The notes: a model not told the origin generated them from the sequence alone. A stretch of DNA of 64,000 nucleotides from a virus (IMGVR_UViG_3300028887_000077:86028-150027), one strand, 5' to 3'. Shown: positions 53,317 to 63,966, counted from the first letter of the stretch. Numbers and translations: made by a program.

Positions 53317-53904
53317 ATGGCTACTAAAGTTTTTGATGTCGGCTCTATGGTGTGCGAAGACATTCAGGCCTATGTGCGTTCCTGCAAGTTCGGTACGGGC
53401 ACTGACAATGCGTTTGTCCCCGCAACTGTTTCTGACGGCGCGTTTGTTGTGCTCGGCGGCCTCGCCGACGATACCACCTACACCGGTTCTGCTTATACCG
53501 GTATGAAGGACTGGAATGTGAAATATGCGTACGCCCCCGCGTCCGCGGCTCTGACCGCTGACGACGTTGTTGTTATCGATATCGACTCCGTGTCGAACGG
53601 TGTTATTGCTGGTAACAACTACAAAATTGGTAACAAGCTCGTCGACCTGCAGGTCGAGGCTGGCTACCCTGTTCGTTATCGTGTGATCAAGAAAGGTGAC
53701 ATGTTCTGGCTCGGGTCGGGCAACTTTGCGTCTGCTCCTACCGTTGGTCAGTATGCCAACCTGACTGCTAACAGCGTCCTTCTGACGCCCGCTGCGTCGA
53801 CCACTGCCAGTCGGCTCAACATCGCGATTCGTGCTGCTGTCCCCATGACCATTGGTACCACCGTGGCCTCTGGCGACTACAAGTACCTCGTGGAAGTGCT
53901 TTAA
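53317..53904 (+). CDS. head decoration/capsid-associated protein
   Basis: Directly before the MCP; beta-rich; highly expressed codon bias. Confidence 0.7.
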   Translation: MATKVFDVGSMVCEDIQAYVRSCKFGTGTDNAFVPATVSDGAFVVLGGLADDTTYTGSAYTGMKDWNVKYAYAPASAALTADDVVVIDIDSVSNGVIAGNNYKIGNKLVDLQVEAGYPVRYRVIKKGDMFWLGSGNFASAPTVGQYANLTANSVLLTPAASTTASRLNIAIRAAVPMTIGTTVASGDYKYLVEVL

Positions 53905-53926
53905 TTTAATAAGGAGGTAAACGGAT

Positions 53927-55009
53927 ATGACTATGTTCAATTATCGTCATGGTTCTGAGGCGTTCAATGACAATGTTGAAGAGACCGTCGCGTTTGCGGC
54001 CGCCCAGCTCGAAGGCAAAATTCTTGAAAACGCCGATGAGAGAAAAAAGAACCTGTGCTACTCTGTCTCGAAAGATATGCTCTCTGGCACCCGCTATGAG
54101 AAACTGTTCGAGGACAAGGGCCTTGATGCCATGAAGGATCCTCGCGTCATTAAGAATAGTGACGTTCAGGAGAACTTCAACGCGTTCATTGCCCAGATCA
54201 TCAACCCCATCCTTCCGATGGTTTCCAACCTTGATTTTGTTCGTTTCTTTGCCGAAGTTCGTCAGATCGGTTATGGCGACACTGCTCGCTTTATCGTTCG
54301 TTCCAACGAGCTCTACAAGGTTAACGAGATTGCCTCCGGTGTGAACCGCGGCATCCTGCAGCCCATTCACGATGATGAGATCACCGTCAACGCTTCTCCT
54401 ATCGAGATCGCTGCGGAGATCGACTTCTACGCTGTTGCGGCTGGCGTCTTCGATTTCGGCGATTTCGGTCTGCGTGCCGCTCGTTCGTTCGAGGCGTATA
54501 TCTTTGCGAAAGTTGTCGGCGCTATGACCTCGGCTACCACCAAGGCCGGCGCTGCGTATTCTGCGTCCGGGTTTAACAACGGGAACTGGTCCGGTCTTGC
54601 TCAGAAGGTTTCTGCGGCCGCTGGCGGCGCCGATGTGTTCGCGATTGGTACTCTCGCTGCGCTGAATAGCGTTATTCCTGCGACCGCTGGTCTGCAGTAT
54701 GGGCTCGGCCAGAAGATTGCTGATCAGGGTTACCTGGATCGGTATCTTGGCACCCGTATGATCTGCCTTGATCAGGCTCTGGCCTTCAACTCGGTCAATA
54801 CCACTGCTGACTTCGTTGTGCCGGACAACAAGATTTACATGCTGCCCGTGTACGGCGACAAGCCGATCAAGATCGTGTACGAAGGCGATCAGACCGTTGT
54901 TGAGAAGGCTCCCGACTACACGCCCGACCGTACTTACAGAATCCGCATCCAGATGCGCGTTGGCGTCGCCGCGATCGTTGGTTCGAAGTTCGGTACGATG
55001 ACCCTGTAA
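53927..55009 (+). CDS. major capsid protein
   Basis: 360 aa; FAEVRQIGYGDTARF and VPDNKIYMLP...KPIKIVYEG patterns; strongest codon bias; position. Confidence 0.85.
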   Translation: MTMFNYRHGSEAFNDNVEETVAFAAAQLEGKILENADERKKNLCYSVSKDMLSGTRYEKLFEDKGLDAMKDPRVIKNSDVQENFNAFIAQIINPILPMVSNLDFVRFFAEVRQIGYGDTARFIVRSNELYKVNEIASGVNRGILQPIHDDEITVNASPIEIAAEIDFYAVAAGVFDFGDFGLRAARSFEAYIFAKVVGAMTSATTKAGAAYSASGFNNGNWSGLAQKVSAAAGGADVFAIGTLAALNSVIPATAGLQYGLGQKIADQGYLDRYLGTRMICLDQALAFNSVNTTADFVVPDNKIYMLPVYGDKPIKIVYEGDQTVVEKAPDYTPDRTYRIRIQMRVGVAAIVGSKFGTMTL

Positions 55010-55055
55010 TAAGGATCATATTCTATAATTGTTGATATAAAAGGAGATTTAAAAG

Positions 55056-55778
55056 ATGGCTAACACCACTAATACTACCAAAAAGACTACTACGTCTTCT
55101 ACTAAGGCTGCAACGCAGCCGAAGGAACCTGCAACTTCTGTTAAGGCCGAATACGAGGCAAAGCTCGCGGCCCTCGAGAAGCAGAATGCAGAACTTCAGA
55201 GTCAGCTTTCATCTCTTATGAAGATGGTTGCTAATTCGAAAGATAAGCAGGCCGCTCCTGTTATGGAGCAGTCTTCGCTTAACGAAGAGGTGCGCATTGT
55301 GCACCTTATTCAGCGTGCATCCGGTCTTTCTACGTATATTCATCTTTCTACGATCGATATTTCGATGAGCGCGTTTGGTGAAGAGCGTACACTGGATCGC
55401 AGACAGGCGGAAGAGCTTGTCGGCAAATATCGTTATCTGTTCGACGAAGGCATTATCTCCTTCGGCGCTGGCAACGAAGATCTTGCCAAAAGACTTTCCG
55501 TTAAGAGCATGAATGCTTATGGATATATCGGTCCAGACTTTTTGAATAGCGTGGCCGAAATGTCCGCGTTGCAGCTCGAAGACCTTTATAAGAAGGTTTG
55601 TGATGGTCACAAAACGTTTCTGGTTGAGTATTTTAAGCGTAAGAACATCGAGAAAGACCCACGTTTTATGGATCCGTCGAAGATCGATGTGCTTAATCGC
55701 TTGAGTGGGAGAGCCATGTTTGACGTTCTCCTCGACCGCGAGCGCGATGAAGTGAACGCGGCAAAAGGCAACAAGTAA
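55056..55778 (+). CDS. hypothetical head-module protein
   Basis: Follows the MCP; AAGGAG SD. Confidence 0.7.
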   Translation: MANTTNTTKKTTTSSTKAATQPKEPATSVKAEYEAKLAALEKQNAELQSQLSSLMKMVANSKDKQAAPVMEQSSLNEEVRIVHLIQRASGLSTYIHLSTIDISMSAFGEERTLDRRQAEELVGKYRYLFDEGIISFGAGNEDLAKRLSVKSMNAYGYIGPDFLNSVAEMSALQLEDLYKKVCDGHKTFLVEYFKRKNIEKDPRFMDPSKIDVLNRLSGRAMFDVLLDRERDEVNAAKGNK

Positions 55779-55799
55779 TAAGATAAAGGAGGGTCGTCT

Positions 55800-56495
55800 A
55801 TGCTACCCTTTAAGGACGTATATGAAAAAGCGATAAACCTTTTTGACGACCCCAGAATTAAGAGGGCATATGTTGAAGACACCGTCCGCTGGGAAAGGCT
55901 CATGTATCCTTATTTGGAAAATGGTATTAATCAGTTTACGAATCCTACAAAGATTGCGTATTTACTGGTCGACCAAATTCCACCCAGTGGACAGGTCGAA
56001 ACGTTTGTAGGAGACGGCGGGAAGACATATACTTTGTCTTCCGGTTTTCAGCCGATGGAGGGGTCGGACTTTTCATTTATGGTTGGGAAATCGTATGACC
56101 GGTTTGCTACATATTCAGATGGCGTCGTCACGTTTTCCGAAGATGTTCCGGAAGGAACAAACTGTAAGGTGTCTTGGTATTACGCTGGTGCCTTCACTAC
56201 CGATTTTAGACCCGCAGAGAGTCCAACGACATCTGCTTCTGTAATCGCGTATAAAGTAAAAGATATTCTCGCGCACACATTACTTGTGGCGTGGGCTTCT
56301 AATGAAAGAGATTTCGTGCTTGATATCAAAAATAATTTGAACGATACAGACTTTAAGGTGTATTCGCCGGCAAACTCGGTCCGTGCAAAAACGGAGTGGG
56401 TTGCCCAGCTGAGAAAAGAACTCGACACACAAACAAACAAATTAGCCTGGGACGTTCGTTCGAGAAAATATCACGGAGGTTCCTACTATGGATAA
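55800..56495 (+). CDS. probable head-tail adaptor
   Basis: F.DVYE.....DD and D.DFKVYSPAN motifs; position. Confidence 0.6.
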   Translation: MLPFKDVYEKAINLFDDPRIKRAYVEDTVRWERLMYPYLENGINQFTNPTKIAYLLVDQIPPSGQVETFVGDGGKTYTLSSGFQPMEGSDFSFMVGKSYDRFATYSDGVVTFSEDVPEGTNCKVSWYYAGAFTTDFRPAESPTTSASVIAYKVKDILAHTLLVAWASNERDFVLDIKNNLNDTDFKVYSPANSVRAKTEWVAQLRKELDTQTNKLAWDVRSRKYHGGSYYG

Positions 56496-56817
56496 TGAAA
56501 GATGTTTGTTTGACGGGTTTTCTCTTACTAAAGAAGCAAAAAGGGAGTATCTTGTATCCCTAATCGGGAAGATTTACAAGGTGTTACACTTGTTTGAAGA
56601 AAGAAAAACAACCGGGTTTTCGCCCGAGTTTTTTATTTATGGTCAAATATGGGAGATCAATGCTGCGAACGGATGGTTTGATAACAAACTGACTCCGGTT
56701 CTCGTTAAGCTTAAAGGCATTTATGACGAGGTAAATTCTATTTCGTGCAAGTCTGTAAAAAAGCAGGTTTTCGAAATGGAAAGAATAGTAAAGTCCATTA
56801 TTGATGGTATGAATTGA
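56488..56817 (+). CDS. hypothetical virion morphogenesis protein
   Basis: KIYKVL.LFEE...VKKQVFE pattern. Confidence 0.7.
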   Translation: MDNERCLFDGFSLTKEAKREYLVSLIGKIYKVLHLFEERKTTGFSPEFFIYGQIWEINAANGWFDNKLTPVLVKLKGIYDEVNSISCKSVKKQVFEMERIVKSIIDGMN

Positions 56818-56826
56818 GGTGATCAC

Positions 56827-57954
56827 ATGCCCCTCTATGATATATCAAAAGAAAGGGATGCGTATCATTTATACTCCCAAACCCCACCCAATTTTACGCA
56901 AGACAACTACTATCTGAACACAATGCAGATGAAGGTTGATGCGGATTGGCCATATAGACCGAATCGTAAAGTAATCGAAGAAGAGATGACGTTTGGCGAA
57001 GAGAACTATTCCGAGCTTGAGGTTGTTATTCAGTCGGTGAAAAACGATAAGGGGGAAGTTATAAGCGACGACTGGTATCGTCTTGTTTTCCGGGATTGCT
57101 TTCGGAATAACAAAATTGGTAGGCGATATCGGTTTTCATACGATTATGATGCAAACGAACCAAATGCATCTAAGAATATATGGATCGGTTTAAACCATAC
57201 AACGCTTACGCCGACCTCTTCGCAGGTTGTGTGTAGGTGCAATGGCACCATCGGGTCGATATATGTCGATGAGAATGGTGCTACAAGCTATCACTACGAA
57301 CCTGCGATTCAGCCCAACAAGCTGAGTTCTACTGCGTTTGATTATAGTGAGGTGGCTATCGATCCTGATAGCAATATGATGTTGATTGTACAGGCTAACA
57401 AATATACTCGGCAATACTACATTAACGAGCGCTTCATTCTTGGAGAGGGCCGTGCGTATAAGGTTACGAATATCTATGACTTTGACTCACGTATAACTAG
57501 TGATCCGGCGTCTATTGGCGTCTATAAGATTTATCTTACAATAGATCAGGTTGGTGAGCTCGACGACATGGAAAACCGAATTGCGTACAATGGTAAGGAG
57601 GCAGATCCAAAGCCTTCTACGGAGTCTGGCGATTACGAGATGTTTATTTCGTCCCCGGAATCGATCCCAGAGATTATTCCGTCTGCTGGAATTCGTCTTG
57701 TGCCAACCGTTACAGACAACGGGGTGGTTGTTCAGAATGTAGAGTTTTCGGCTACTTGTAGGTTGGTTGGAGAAAAATCTGACCTTGCCGCGCCTTCTGA
57801 ATATTGTTCTGTTGTAGATAACGAAGACGGGTCGTTTACGATTACTCGTCAAAGAGTTTCTATGGACTGGAAGGCTATCATCACTTTTACGTCTGTTATT
57901 GATGGAAATAGCGGTCCTTCTTTGGAGGTCGCTTTTGCTTTGCGTCCGTTTTAA
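56827..57954 (+). CDS. probable head closure/neck protein with Ig-like C-terminus
   Basis: W......CRCNG...RFIL..RAYKV...DD.ENRIA pattern; position. Confidence 0.6.
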   Translation: MPLYDISKERDAYHLYSQTPPNFTQDNYYLNTMQMKVDADWPYRPNRKVIEEEMTFGEENYSELEVVIQSVKNDKGEVISDDWYRLVFRDCFRNNKIGRRYRFSYDYDANEPNASKNIWIGLNHTTLTPTSSQVVCRCNGTIGSIYVDENGATSYHYEPAIQPNKLSSTAFDYSEVAIDPDSNMMLIVQANKYTRQYYINERFILGEGRAYKVTNIYDFDSRITSDPASIGVYKIYLTIDQVGELDDMENRIAYNGKEADPKPSTESGDYEMFISSPESIPEIIPSAGIRLVPTVTDNGVVVQNVEFSATCRLVGEKSDLAAPSEYCSVVDNEDGSFTITRQRVSMDWKAIITFTSVIDGNSGPSLEVAFALRPF

Positions 57955-57985
57955 CGGCGTTGTGAAATGAAAGGAGATCCAAAGA

Positions 57986-58657
57986 ATGACACCGGTTGCC
58001 ATTGATAAAAATGCATATAATCGATTCGTAAACCTCGATAGTGTTGAATTTCGCATTATCGATTTTTTAGCCAAATCTGAAAACAAATACGCGGAAAATC
58101 TTTTTAAAATCTTAAAGTATAATTCGGAGGACTGTCTTCACAAAGACAATCTTTCGTACGAAGAAAAGATGTCGCTATTGTATAAAAACAACGGCGACGC
58201 TAGCGACGAACGTATTTATATGTCGCCATATATTGACGACGCGTACGTCGTTCAGTCGTCACATCTTCATATTTACGTTTACTCTGTTGTTCCTCAGAAT
58301 CATATTGTCTCTACTGTAAACATTGGTATTGAAACAATTGTTCACAATAAAATCTCCAACATCTATGGGGATGCTTCGCCATACAATTCGCAGTCAAACC
58401 CATCTGAGCTTGGTCCAAATGGAGAACCCATCATCATCTATAAGAGCAGAGCGAGTGAGCTTTTAAAGTGCGTTTTGTCGGCTCTTAATGGTTCCTTTGT
58501 TGCTGGGGTTGGTACTTTGCAGTTCAACTCACAGTTGACCGGATCAGAATCTAGGGCTAAGATGTCGCTTTGGAATGGGAAAAAGTTTTTTGGTCATATG
58601 ACCATTTTGTCTACGATGATGTCCGGTGCTTCTGTAACGCCGGGATGTGGTTATTGA
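57986..58657 (+). CDS. probable tail terminator/completion protein
   Basis: Position before the tail genes; LNG....GVG.LQF. Confidence 0.55.
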   Translation: MTPVAIDKNAYNRFVNLDSVEFRIIDFLAKSENKYAENLFKILKYNSEDCLHKDNLSYEEKMSLLYKNNGDASDERIYMSPYIDDAYVVQSSHLHIYVYSVVPQNHIVSTVNIGIETIVHNKISNIYGDASPYNSQSNPSELGPNGEPIIIYKSRASELLKCVLSALNGSFVAGVGTLQFNSQLTGSESRAKMSLWNGKKFFGHMTILSTMMSGASVTPGCGY

Positions 58658-58658
58658 T

Positions 58659-59570
58659 ATGCCTTTAAACGGAAAAGAAAAAGCAGAACTGGACTATATC
58701 GAACGAAGGTATTTTACCTACGATGATCCGGTCCCCTTTTGCGGCTTAAAAATTTATCCTGTAACAATGCGCGATCACGACGAATTTCTTCGTGTCGTTG
58801 ATTGTTTTTTATTAAACAAAAATGACGACATCAAAGGTTTAAAAATGACGCCCTTGGAATATATGTTGAGCAAAACAGATGATGAGAAAGATGGTCCGAT
58901 GTGGTCATACAAACTCTCTGTCTTGATTAAATTGTGCTTTCATGTAGAACCCGGGTTTAAATGTCATAAGTGTGGTAAGTTTATAAGCTATCCAGAATAT
59001 ATCGCGATGTTGCAAAATATAAATACGCAAGAAGATGCTGACAAGCTTGGAACTTGTCCGAATTGTCCAGGCGAGCACCTTGTGCCCTCTTTAACAAAAG
59101 AGGAAGGCGAAAATAAGCGTATGGTTTTGGTTATTGATGGACATAAAGTTACCAATAGCGATTTTACATTGCTAAAAATGATCGTCCTAAGACAGAATCT
59201 ACCGGACTATAAGGATGACTCTGGTCTCAGCAAAGAGTTGCGAGAGGATCAGGCGAAGCGTGCAGAGATCCTATCGAAAGATAAGGGCACTGCAAATACA
59301 GAAAGAAAGATGATGTGTCTTTCTGTCGCCACTGGTTATCCTTTGGATAAAATCTACGATTTAACAATGCGTAAATTCGACCAAATGTTATCAATCACTA
59401 ATGATCTTACGGAGTATAAAATTGCCAAGCAGGGACTTATGTCTGGCATGGTAAAGCTCAAAGACGGAGAGACTATTGATCACTGGATGTATAAGAAAGA
59501 ACGTAATCTCCTTGAAGGCGTTGTTGATGCGGATTCTTTCGCACAAAAGATTAAGAGTAACGGTATGTAA
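58659..59570 (+). CDS. probable tail assembly protein
   Basis: YPV.M.D...QN.PDY.D...LT.RKF...HW.Y; inserted CxxC..CxxC. Confidence 0.55.
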   Translation: MPLNGKEKAELDYIERRYFTYDDPVPFCGLKIYPVTMRDHDEFLRVVDCFLLNKNDDIKGLKMTPLEYMLSKTDDEKDGPMWSYKLSVLIKLCFHVEPGFKCHKCGKFISYPEYIAMLQNINTQEDADKLGTCPNCPGEHLVPSLTKEEGENKRMVLVIDGHKVTNSDFTLLKMIVLRQNLPDYKDDSGLSKELREDQAKRAEILSKDKGTANTERKMMCLSVATGYPLDKIYDLTMRKFDQMLSITNDLTEYKIAKQGLMSGMVKLKDGETIDHWMYKKERNLLEGVVDADSFAQKIKSNGM

Positions 59571-59678
59571 TTTTGATTTGGCAAAACACGGGGGAGCCCG
59601 TCAAAACTCGAATAAACATCGGGGAAGTCCCGGTTTTATTATAAAGTGAAATAAAATATAGTAAAGGAGAAAAAGACT

Positions 59679-60878
59679 ATGGCAAAAAGATTTTTGGCCT
59701 CCGTTGCGAACGTCGAGCTTTTCGAGCGCGTTAACGGTGAGCTTAAGCACTTTGCGTCTGCGCACACTCTGACCGATTCGTCCATTGGCTTCCAGATTTC
59801 GATGGAAGACGTCCGTGGTGGTCAGGGCGCTAAGCTGTTTGGTCGTTTCGGTCACACCACCGGTATGACCCTGCAGATGACCGACGCTATGTTCGATATC
59901 AACTATCTCCGTCTGAACCTCGGCGCTAAGCGCAGTGAAAGCACTATTACCTCTGTCCTTGCGAGCGAAGTTAAGACCTGGGATGGTTCAAGCGACATCA
60001 CCCTTGACAATACCGCCGTTTCTGTCGGTCACCTCTGCGGCCTCGACGATGTTCTCTGCTGGGCGCACAAGGTCGATTGCAAGGAGGGTACGAGCGCGGA
60101 TATTCCTCTGACGGTTTCCGGTACTCCCAACAAGACCATCGCTGCTGCTCAGCTTACCGGTAAATTCGTTGCTGGTGACGTTATCACCATTTCCTACTTC
60201 AAGAACGATCCGGCGTCGGTTCTTTATGACGTTTCGGCTACGTTTATTCCCGGCGAAGTCATGGCTGTTATGACCGCCAACGAGTATGCCGGCGACTCTG
60301 CGAACGTTACGACTGGTGAGGCCGTTGGTCAGCTCGTCGTTAAGATTCCTCGTCTGCAGCTCGACGGTCAGTTCGACCTCGGTCTGAACATGACTTCCGC
60401 GGCTACCATTTCGCTGAACGGTAGCGCTCTGGCTGCTATTGATTCTGCGACCGGTAAAGAGTACTATGCAGAGATCCTCGAAACCAACCATAGCGCGGAC
60501 TTCCGTTCCGGCCTGATTGGTGTCGCGATTGATCCGGCTTCGGCAACTACTGCTGACGCACCTGTTGTGTACGGTATCTACAATGATGGTACCTATAGAC
60601 CGATCGACAACGATAAGATTGCTTCGCAGCATATCGACAGCGCTTCCAACCCCGATGGTAAGGATGTTAACGGCTTCATCAAAATGGCCAGCGCTTCCTC
60701 TTACGTTCCTACCGCGCTCAGCGCTGGTAAGTGGGCGTCCACGGGCACTTGGTACGTCGCTATTTTCGCTCCTACTGTCAGCGATACGGACTATACCAAT
60801 ATTGATAGTGAGCTCGACGATGAACCCGTTGTTGGGTCCTTTGGCATCATCGGGTCTGACTCGCAGGTTATTTCGTAA
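59679..60878 (+). CDS. major tail (tube) protein
   Basis: EDVRGGQG and KIPRLQLDGQFDL.L.......L.GSALA; highly expressed codon bias. Confidence 0.75.
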   Translation: MAKRFLASVANVELFERVNGELKHFASAHTLTDSSIGFQISMEDVRGGQGAKLFGRFGHTTGMTLQMTDAMFDINYLRLNLGAKRSESTITSVLASEVKTWDGSSDITLDNTAVSVGHLCGLDDVLCWAHKVDCKEGTSADIPLTVSGTPNKTIAAAQLTGKFVAGDVITISYFKNDPASVLYDVSATFIPGEVMAVMTANEYAGDSANVTTGEAVGQLVVKIPRLQLDGQFDLGLNMTSAATISLNGSALAAIDSATGKEYYAEILETNHSADFRSGLIGVAIDPASATTADAPVVYGIYNDGTYRPIDNDKIASQHIDSASNPDGKDVNGFIKMASASSYVPTALSAGKWASTGTWYVAIFAPTVSDTDYTNIDSELDDEPVVGSFGIIGSDSQVIS

Positions 60879-60891
60879 TTCTACAGCTTTT

Positions 60892-60928
60892 AAATACGCT
60901 CCACCTACGGGTGGGGCGTATTTTTTTT
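60892..60928 (+). terminator. intrinsic terminator
   Basis: AAATACGCTCCACC-tacg-GGTGGGGCGTATTT + T-run. Confidence 0.9.
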
Positions 60929-60987
60929 ACGCTTTATGTTGAGAAAAGCACACAAAATTAAAATTTCATTATAAGGAGGTGGTTGTC

Positions 60988-63339
60988 GTGCCAAATATTC
61001 CGAAGGTAACAAGGCTTAAAATGAGCGATGGTGTTATATATACGATTTATGATGAAACTGCTCTTCATGAAGTTTCTATAATTACGTCTAAAGATCAGAT
61101 GTATGTTAAGTCTTCTGATGGGGAACAGGTTATGAAGGATATGCCGGTTTCGAATTCAGTCGGCAAGGATAGTGTTATTAACACGACAACCAACGATAAC
61201 ATTTCTCGTGCAAACATTGCTAACGGAGCATATTCTGTGGCTTTTGGATCAAGAAATGTCATCGGCGCAGATGCTTCAGAGTCTGGCGCTTTTGGTGGAG
61301 ATGTCCATATTAATTCGGAAAACACATATGGGTTTGGATACCATGTGTGGGCTCATTCAAACCAGAATCTTATTGGCGGCTATGATGTGGGGAGCAATGC
61401 AAAAGAGAGTTTTATTTTTGGTAATACAATAGGTGTTGACTGCACGCACAATAATAGCACTCACGAGTGGACTGCGAACAGCACTGCAGATGTTAACAAG
61501 TCGCGATACTTGGCTATTTTTGGGAAAAACCACATCATTGCAAGCAACTGTCAGTCTGATCTTGTGTACGGTATTGATAATAATATACCACAATATGTGT
61601 ATCGGTCTGCTATTGGGGGTAATGGAAATAGAATACAGGGAGCGCTTGATAACAGTTTTGTATTTGGGCAAGAGCATTATTTAGGATCGAATTCGTCAAA
61701 CTGGATCAATGTTTTTGGCTATAATAACAAAATTGGTCTGGCAGATCCGACTGGAAACTCTGATTCCTATTCTGGTGGAAATGAAGACGTTAATGTTTTT
61801 GGCTATCAAAACAGAGTTGGTGCTTGTTTGACAGATTCTACTGTTATAGGTTATTATAACAAAATAGCAGGCGGCTCAAGTACGAGCAGCAAAAACGAAT
61901 CTGTATACGCTATAGGATACTCGAATACAAACAAACCGTCTTCGACAGCCTACCAGCGAACATTTATGATCGGCGCCTATTTACGAGCCGAATCGGATGA
62001 TCGTGTTATTGTTGGGCGTTATAACGATGGCACCGGTATTAACGGTACATTTTTTGAGGTTGGATGTGGTAGTTCTGATGCAGCAAGAAGAACTGGATTT
62101 GCCGTTGGATATGAAAATTCTGAATATTTTGCATATCTTGGTCCTACAAGACTTGTCGGTTCGTCTGGTGGTCTTAAGGTTAATGGCACAACGGTGTCTT
62201 TAAGCGGCCACGCCCACAATAATGCAACCAGTAATAATAGTGGTTTTATGTCTGCAGAAGACAAGAAAAAACTTGACGATACTATTATATTACAAAATAA
62301 TGAATATTATTTAACAGATGGTACTAGATCAGTATCTATTGCTGATGTAATTACTCATATCACCACTTGTTTCCGAGGGGACACCTCATATGTTACAATG
62401 TATGATGGAACGACTAGGCTTATTTCTGAAGTTAAAGCTGGAGATTCAGTGCTTGGCTACGATGTAAATAAACAAGAGTATTGCGAAGCAATTGTTCTAG
62501 ACAATATTAAAACCGGCGAAAGCAATGAATTTGATTGTTATGTATTTGAAGATGGTACAACGGTAGATATTTATGGAAACGACAGTTTCTTAACTCATCA
62601 TATGTCTAATTTTGATAATCCAGAGGCTGCAAACAGTGACTGCTTTAGCGCTTGTTGGATAGATTATCTTTATAGTCGTAGTAGAGAGCATAAAGATTAT
62701 ATTAGAAAAGTTATTAAAAATACTGGCGGAAAAGATAATGGAGTTGCTGTAGTTTATAAACGGACTTTTAAATGTGCTGCTTCCACCGGAAGATATTGCA
62801 TTGATACTTCTAACGGTACTTGTTTTATAAATGGTTTATGTCAAGCGAGAAAGCCAGTTAATATGATTACTCGCTTAATGAAATACCATGAGACATTCGG
62901 TTCAAAAATTGATAGTATTTTTGCCGGTATTATTGCGCGTCATTCTGGAGGTATAGATGATCTTATTCCAGATGATCACATCGAAGATGTAGCCTCTGTC
63001 GAACTATTTAAAGAATGGAATAGCAACAAAGCAAGTATAACTATTAAAAAAGAATTTTTAAATAATACCGACTATAAGGCGATGAAGTATGCAGAGGGCG
63101 TACTTTCTGAAGAAGAATGGCTCCCGATTAAAGAACAGAGAATCGCGGCTAGAGCAGAAATTAATCGTATGGAGGAACGGAATGCCGAAATAATCCCGTT
63201 ACTAAAAGAAACCAATCCGTACTTTATGCATGAGTATGGAGACAAGTATGCGTGGGTCTATAGAAATAGAGAAGAAATGCTCGATTTTGCCGACCTAAAC
63301 AATATGCTTGAGGACGTCAGAGAGCACTTCAATTCATGA
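60988..63339 (+). CDS. fibre/adhesin-like protein: beta-roll repeats + Hint domain + chaperone-like C-terminus
   Basis: AAGGAGG SD before GTG60988; S..FG..N.I repeats, ATS..SGFMSAEDKKKLD fibre motif, CFRGDT..VTMYDG...I..VK.GD.V Hint block A, TDYKAMKYAEG..SEEEW..IK..R...R.EIN. Confidence 0.8.
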   Translation: MPNIPKVTRLKMSDGVIYTIYDETALHEVSIITSKDQMYVKSSDGEQVMKDMPVSNSVGKDSVINTTTNDNISRANIANGAYSVAFGSRNVIGADASESGAFGGDVHINSENTYGFGYHVWAHSNQNLIGGYDVGSNAKESFIFGNTIGVDCTHNNSTHEWTANSTADVNKSRYLAIFGKNHIIASNCQSDLVYGIDNNIPQYVYRSAIGGNGNRIQGALDNSFVFGQEHYLGSNSSNWINVFGYNNKIGLADPTGNSDSYSGGNEDVNVFGYQNRVGACLTDSTVIGYYNKIAGGSSTSSKNESVYAIGYSNTNKPSSTAYQRTFMIGAYLRAESDDRVIVGRYNDGTGINGTFFEVGCGSSDAARRTGFAVGYENSEYFAYLGPTRLVGSSGGLKVNGTTVSLSGHAHNNATSNNSGFMSAEDKKKLDDTIILQNNEYYLTDGTRSVSIADVITHITTCFRGDTSYVTMYDGTTRLISEVKAGDSVLGYDVNKQEYCEAIVLDNIKTGESNEFDCYVFEDGTTVDIYGNDSFLTHHMSNFDNPEAANSDCFSACWIDYLYSRSREHKDYIRKVIKNTGGKDNGVAVVYKRTFKCAASTGRYCIDTSNGTCFINGLCQARKPVNMITRLMKYHETFGSKIDSIFAGIIARHSGGIDDLIPDDHIEDVASVELFKEWNSNKASITIKKEFLNNTDYKAMKYAEGVLSEEEWLPIKEQRIAARAEINRMEERNAEIIPLLKETNPYFMHEYGDKYAWVYRNREEMLDFADLNNMLEDVREHFNS

Positions 63340-63436
63340 TTACGATAGATTTAGTAATAACCCGGCCCGGAGAGATCTTGGCCGGATTCGTTTTAAAATG
63401 TTGATTTTATTATTTTTTATAAGGAGGAAAACAAAA

Positions 63437-63943
63437 ATGATTAATTTACTTGAAGAGGAATATGATGCCGCGTCTGGTAAATATATTCTTCATTTGACCA
63501 TGGGAACAGGGGACACCACGTCTGATCTTCCGAGCGCTGAAAAGCCGTTTAATTCTTCCAATTATTCTTGCTTTTTTGATTATGGAGAACCGGCAGAAGA
63601 ATCTACCGCTGTGAATGAAATTACAGGCAAGTTGTACACCTACAGCGACGGCGAGTGGATTGACCCCGAACCCACGCCTCCGACTCCGGCGGAGACCAAA
63701 TGTGTTTTGGTAAAAACCCGCCCCTCTACCGATTTGCGGGTAAATGGTGAAGAACCCACCCCTATCGCAGAGGACGCAACCGCTTATATTATTGATATAG
63801 GTGATGTTCTGTCCTCGATCGATATTATTCTCTATATCGCATGTTACGATAAAGACGGGACAGAATTGCTTTCGGCAAACACGGGAGACACCCCAACCAT
63901 TACGATCCCCGAAAACACGTTCATAGCGACGATGTCACGATAA
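63437..63943 (+). CDS. acidic hypothetical (probably virion) protein with Pro-Thr linker
   Basis: AAGGAGG SD; PEPTPPTP linker; the 3' end may be frameshifted. Confidence 0.65.
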   Translation: MINLLEEEYDAASGKYILHLTMGTGDTTSDLPSAEKPFNSSNYSCFFDYGEPAEESTAVNEITGKLYTYSDGEWIDPEPTPPTPAETKCVLVKTRPSTDLRVNGEEPTPIAEDATAYIIDIGDVLSSIDIILYIACYDKDGTELLSANTGDTPTITIPENTFIATMSR

Positions 63944-63966
63944 CACCGGCACCCATTCACCGGAAT

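Noticed and set aside
59571-59640. c-di-GMP-I riboswitch before the major tail gene (GGCAAA...)
   Set aside because: It lacks the GNRA-capped P2, the second GCAAA and a P3 receptor; only two simple hairpins are present.
52366-60632. Long minus-strand ORFs over structural genes (52366-53127, 53296-53940, 59988-60632)
   Set aside because: They are antisense artefacts of strong codon bias in the scaffold, decoration and tail genes.
62368-62850. Canonical protein-splicing intein
   Set aside because: No C-terminal His-Asn followed by Cys/Ser/Thr, no TxxH and no endonuclease; treated as a cleavage-type or degenerate Hint domain.
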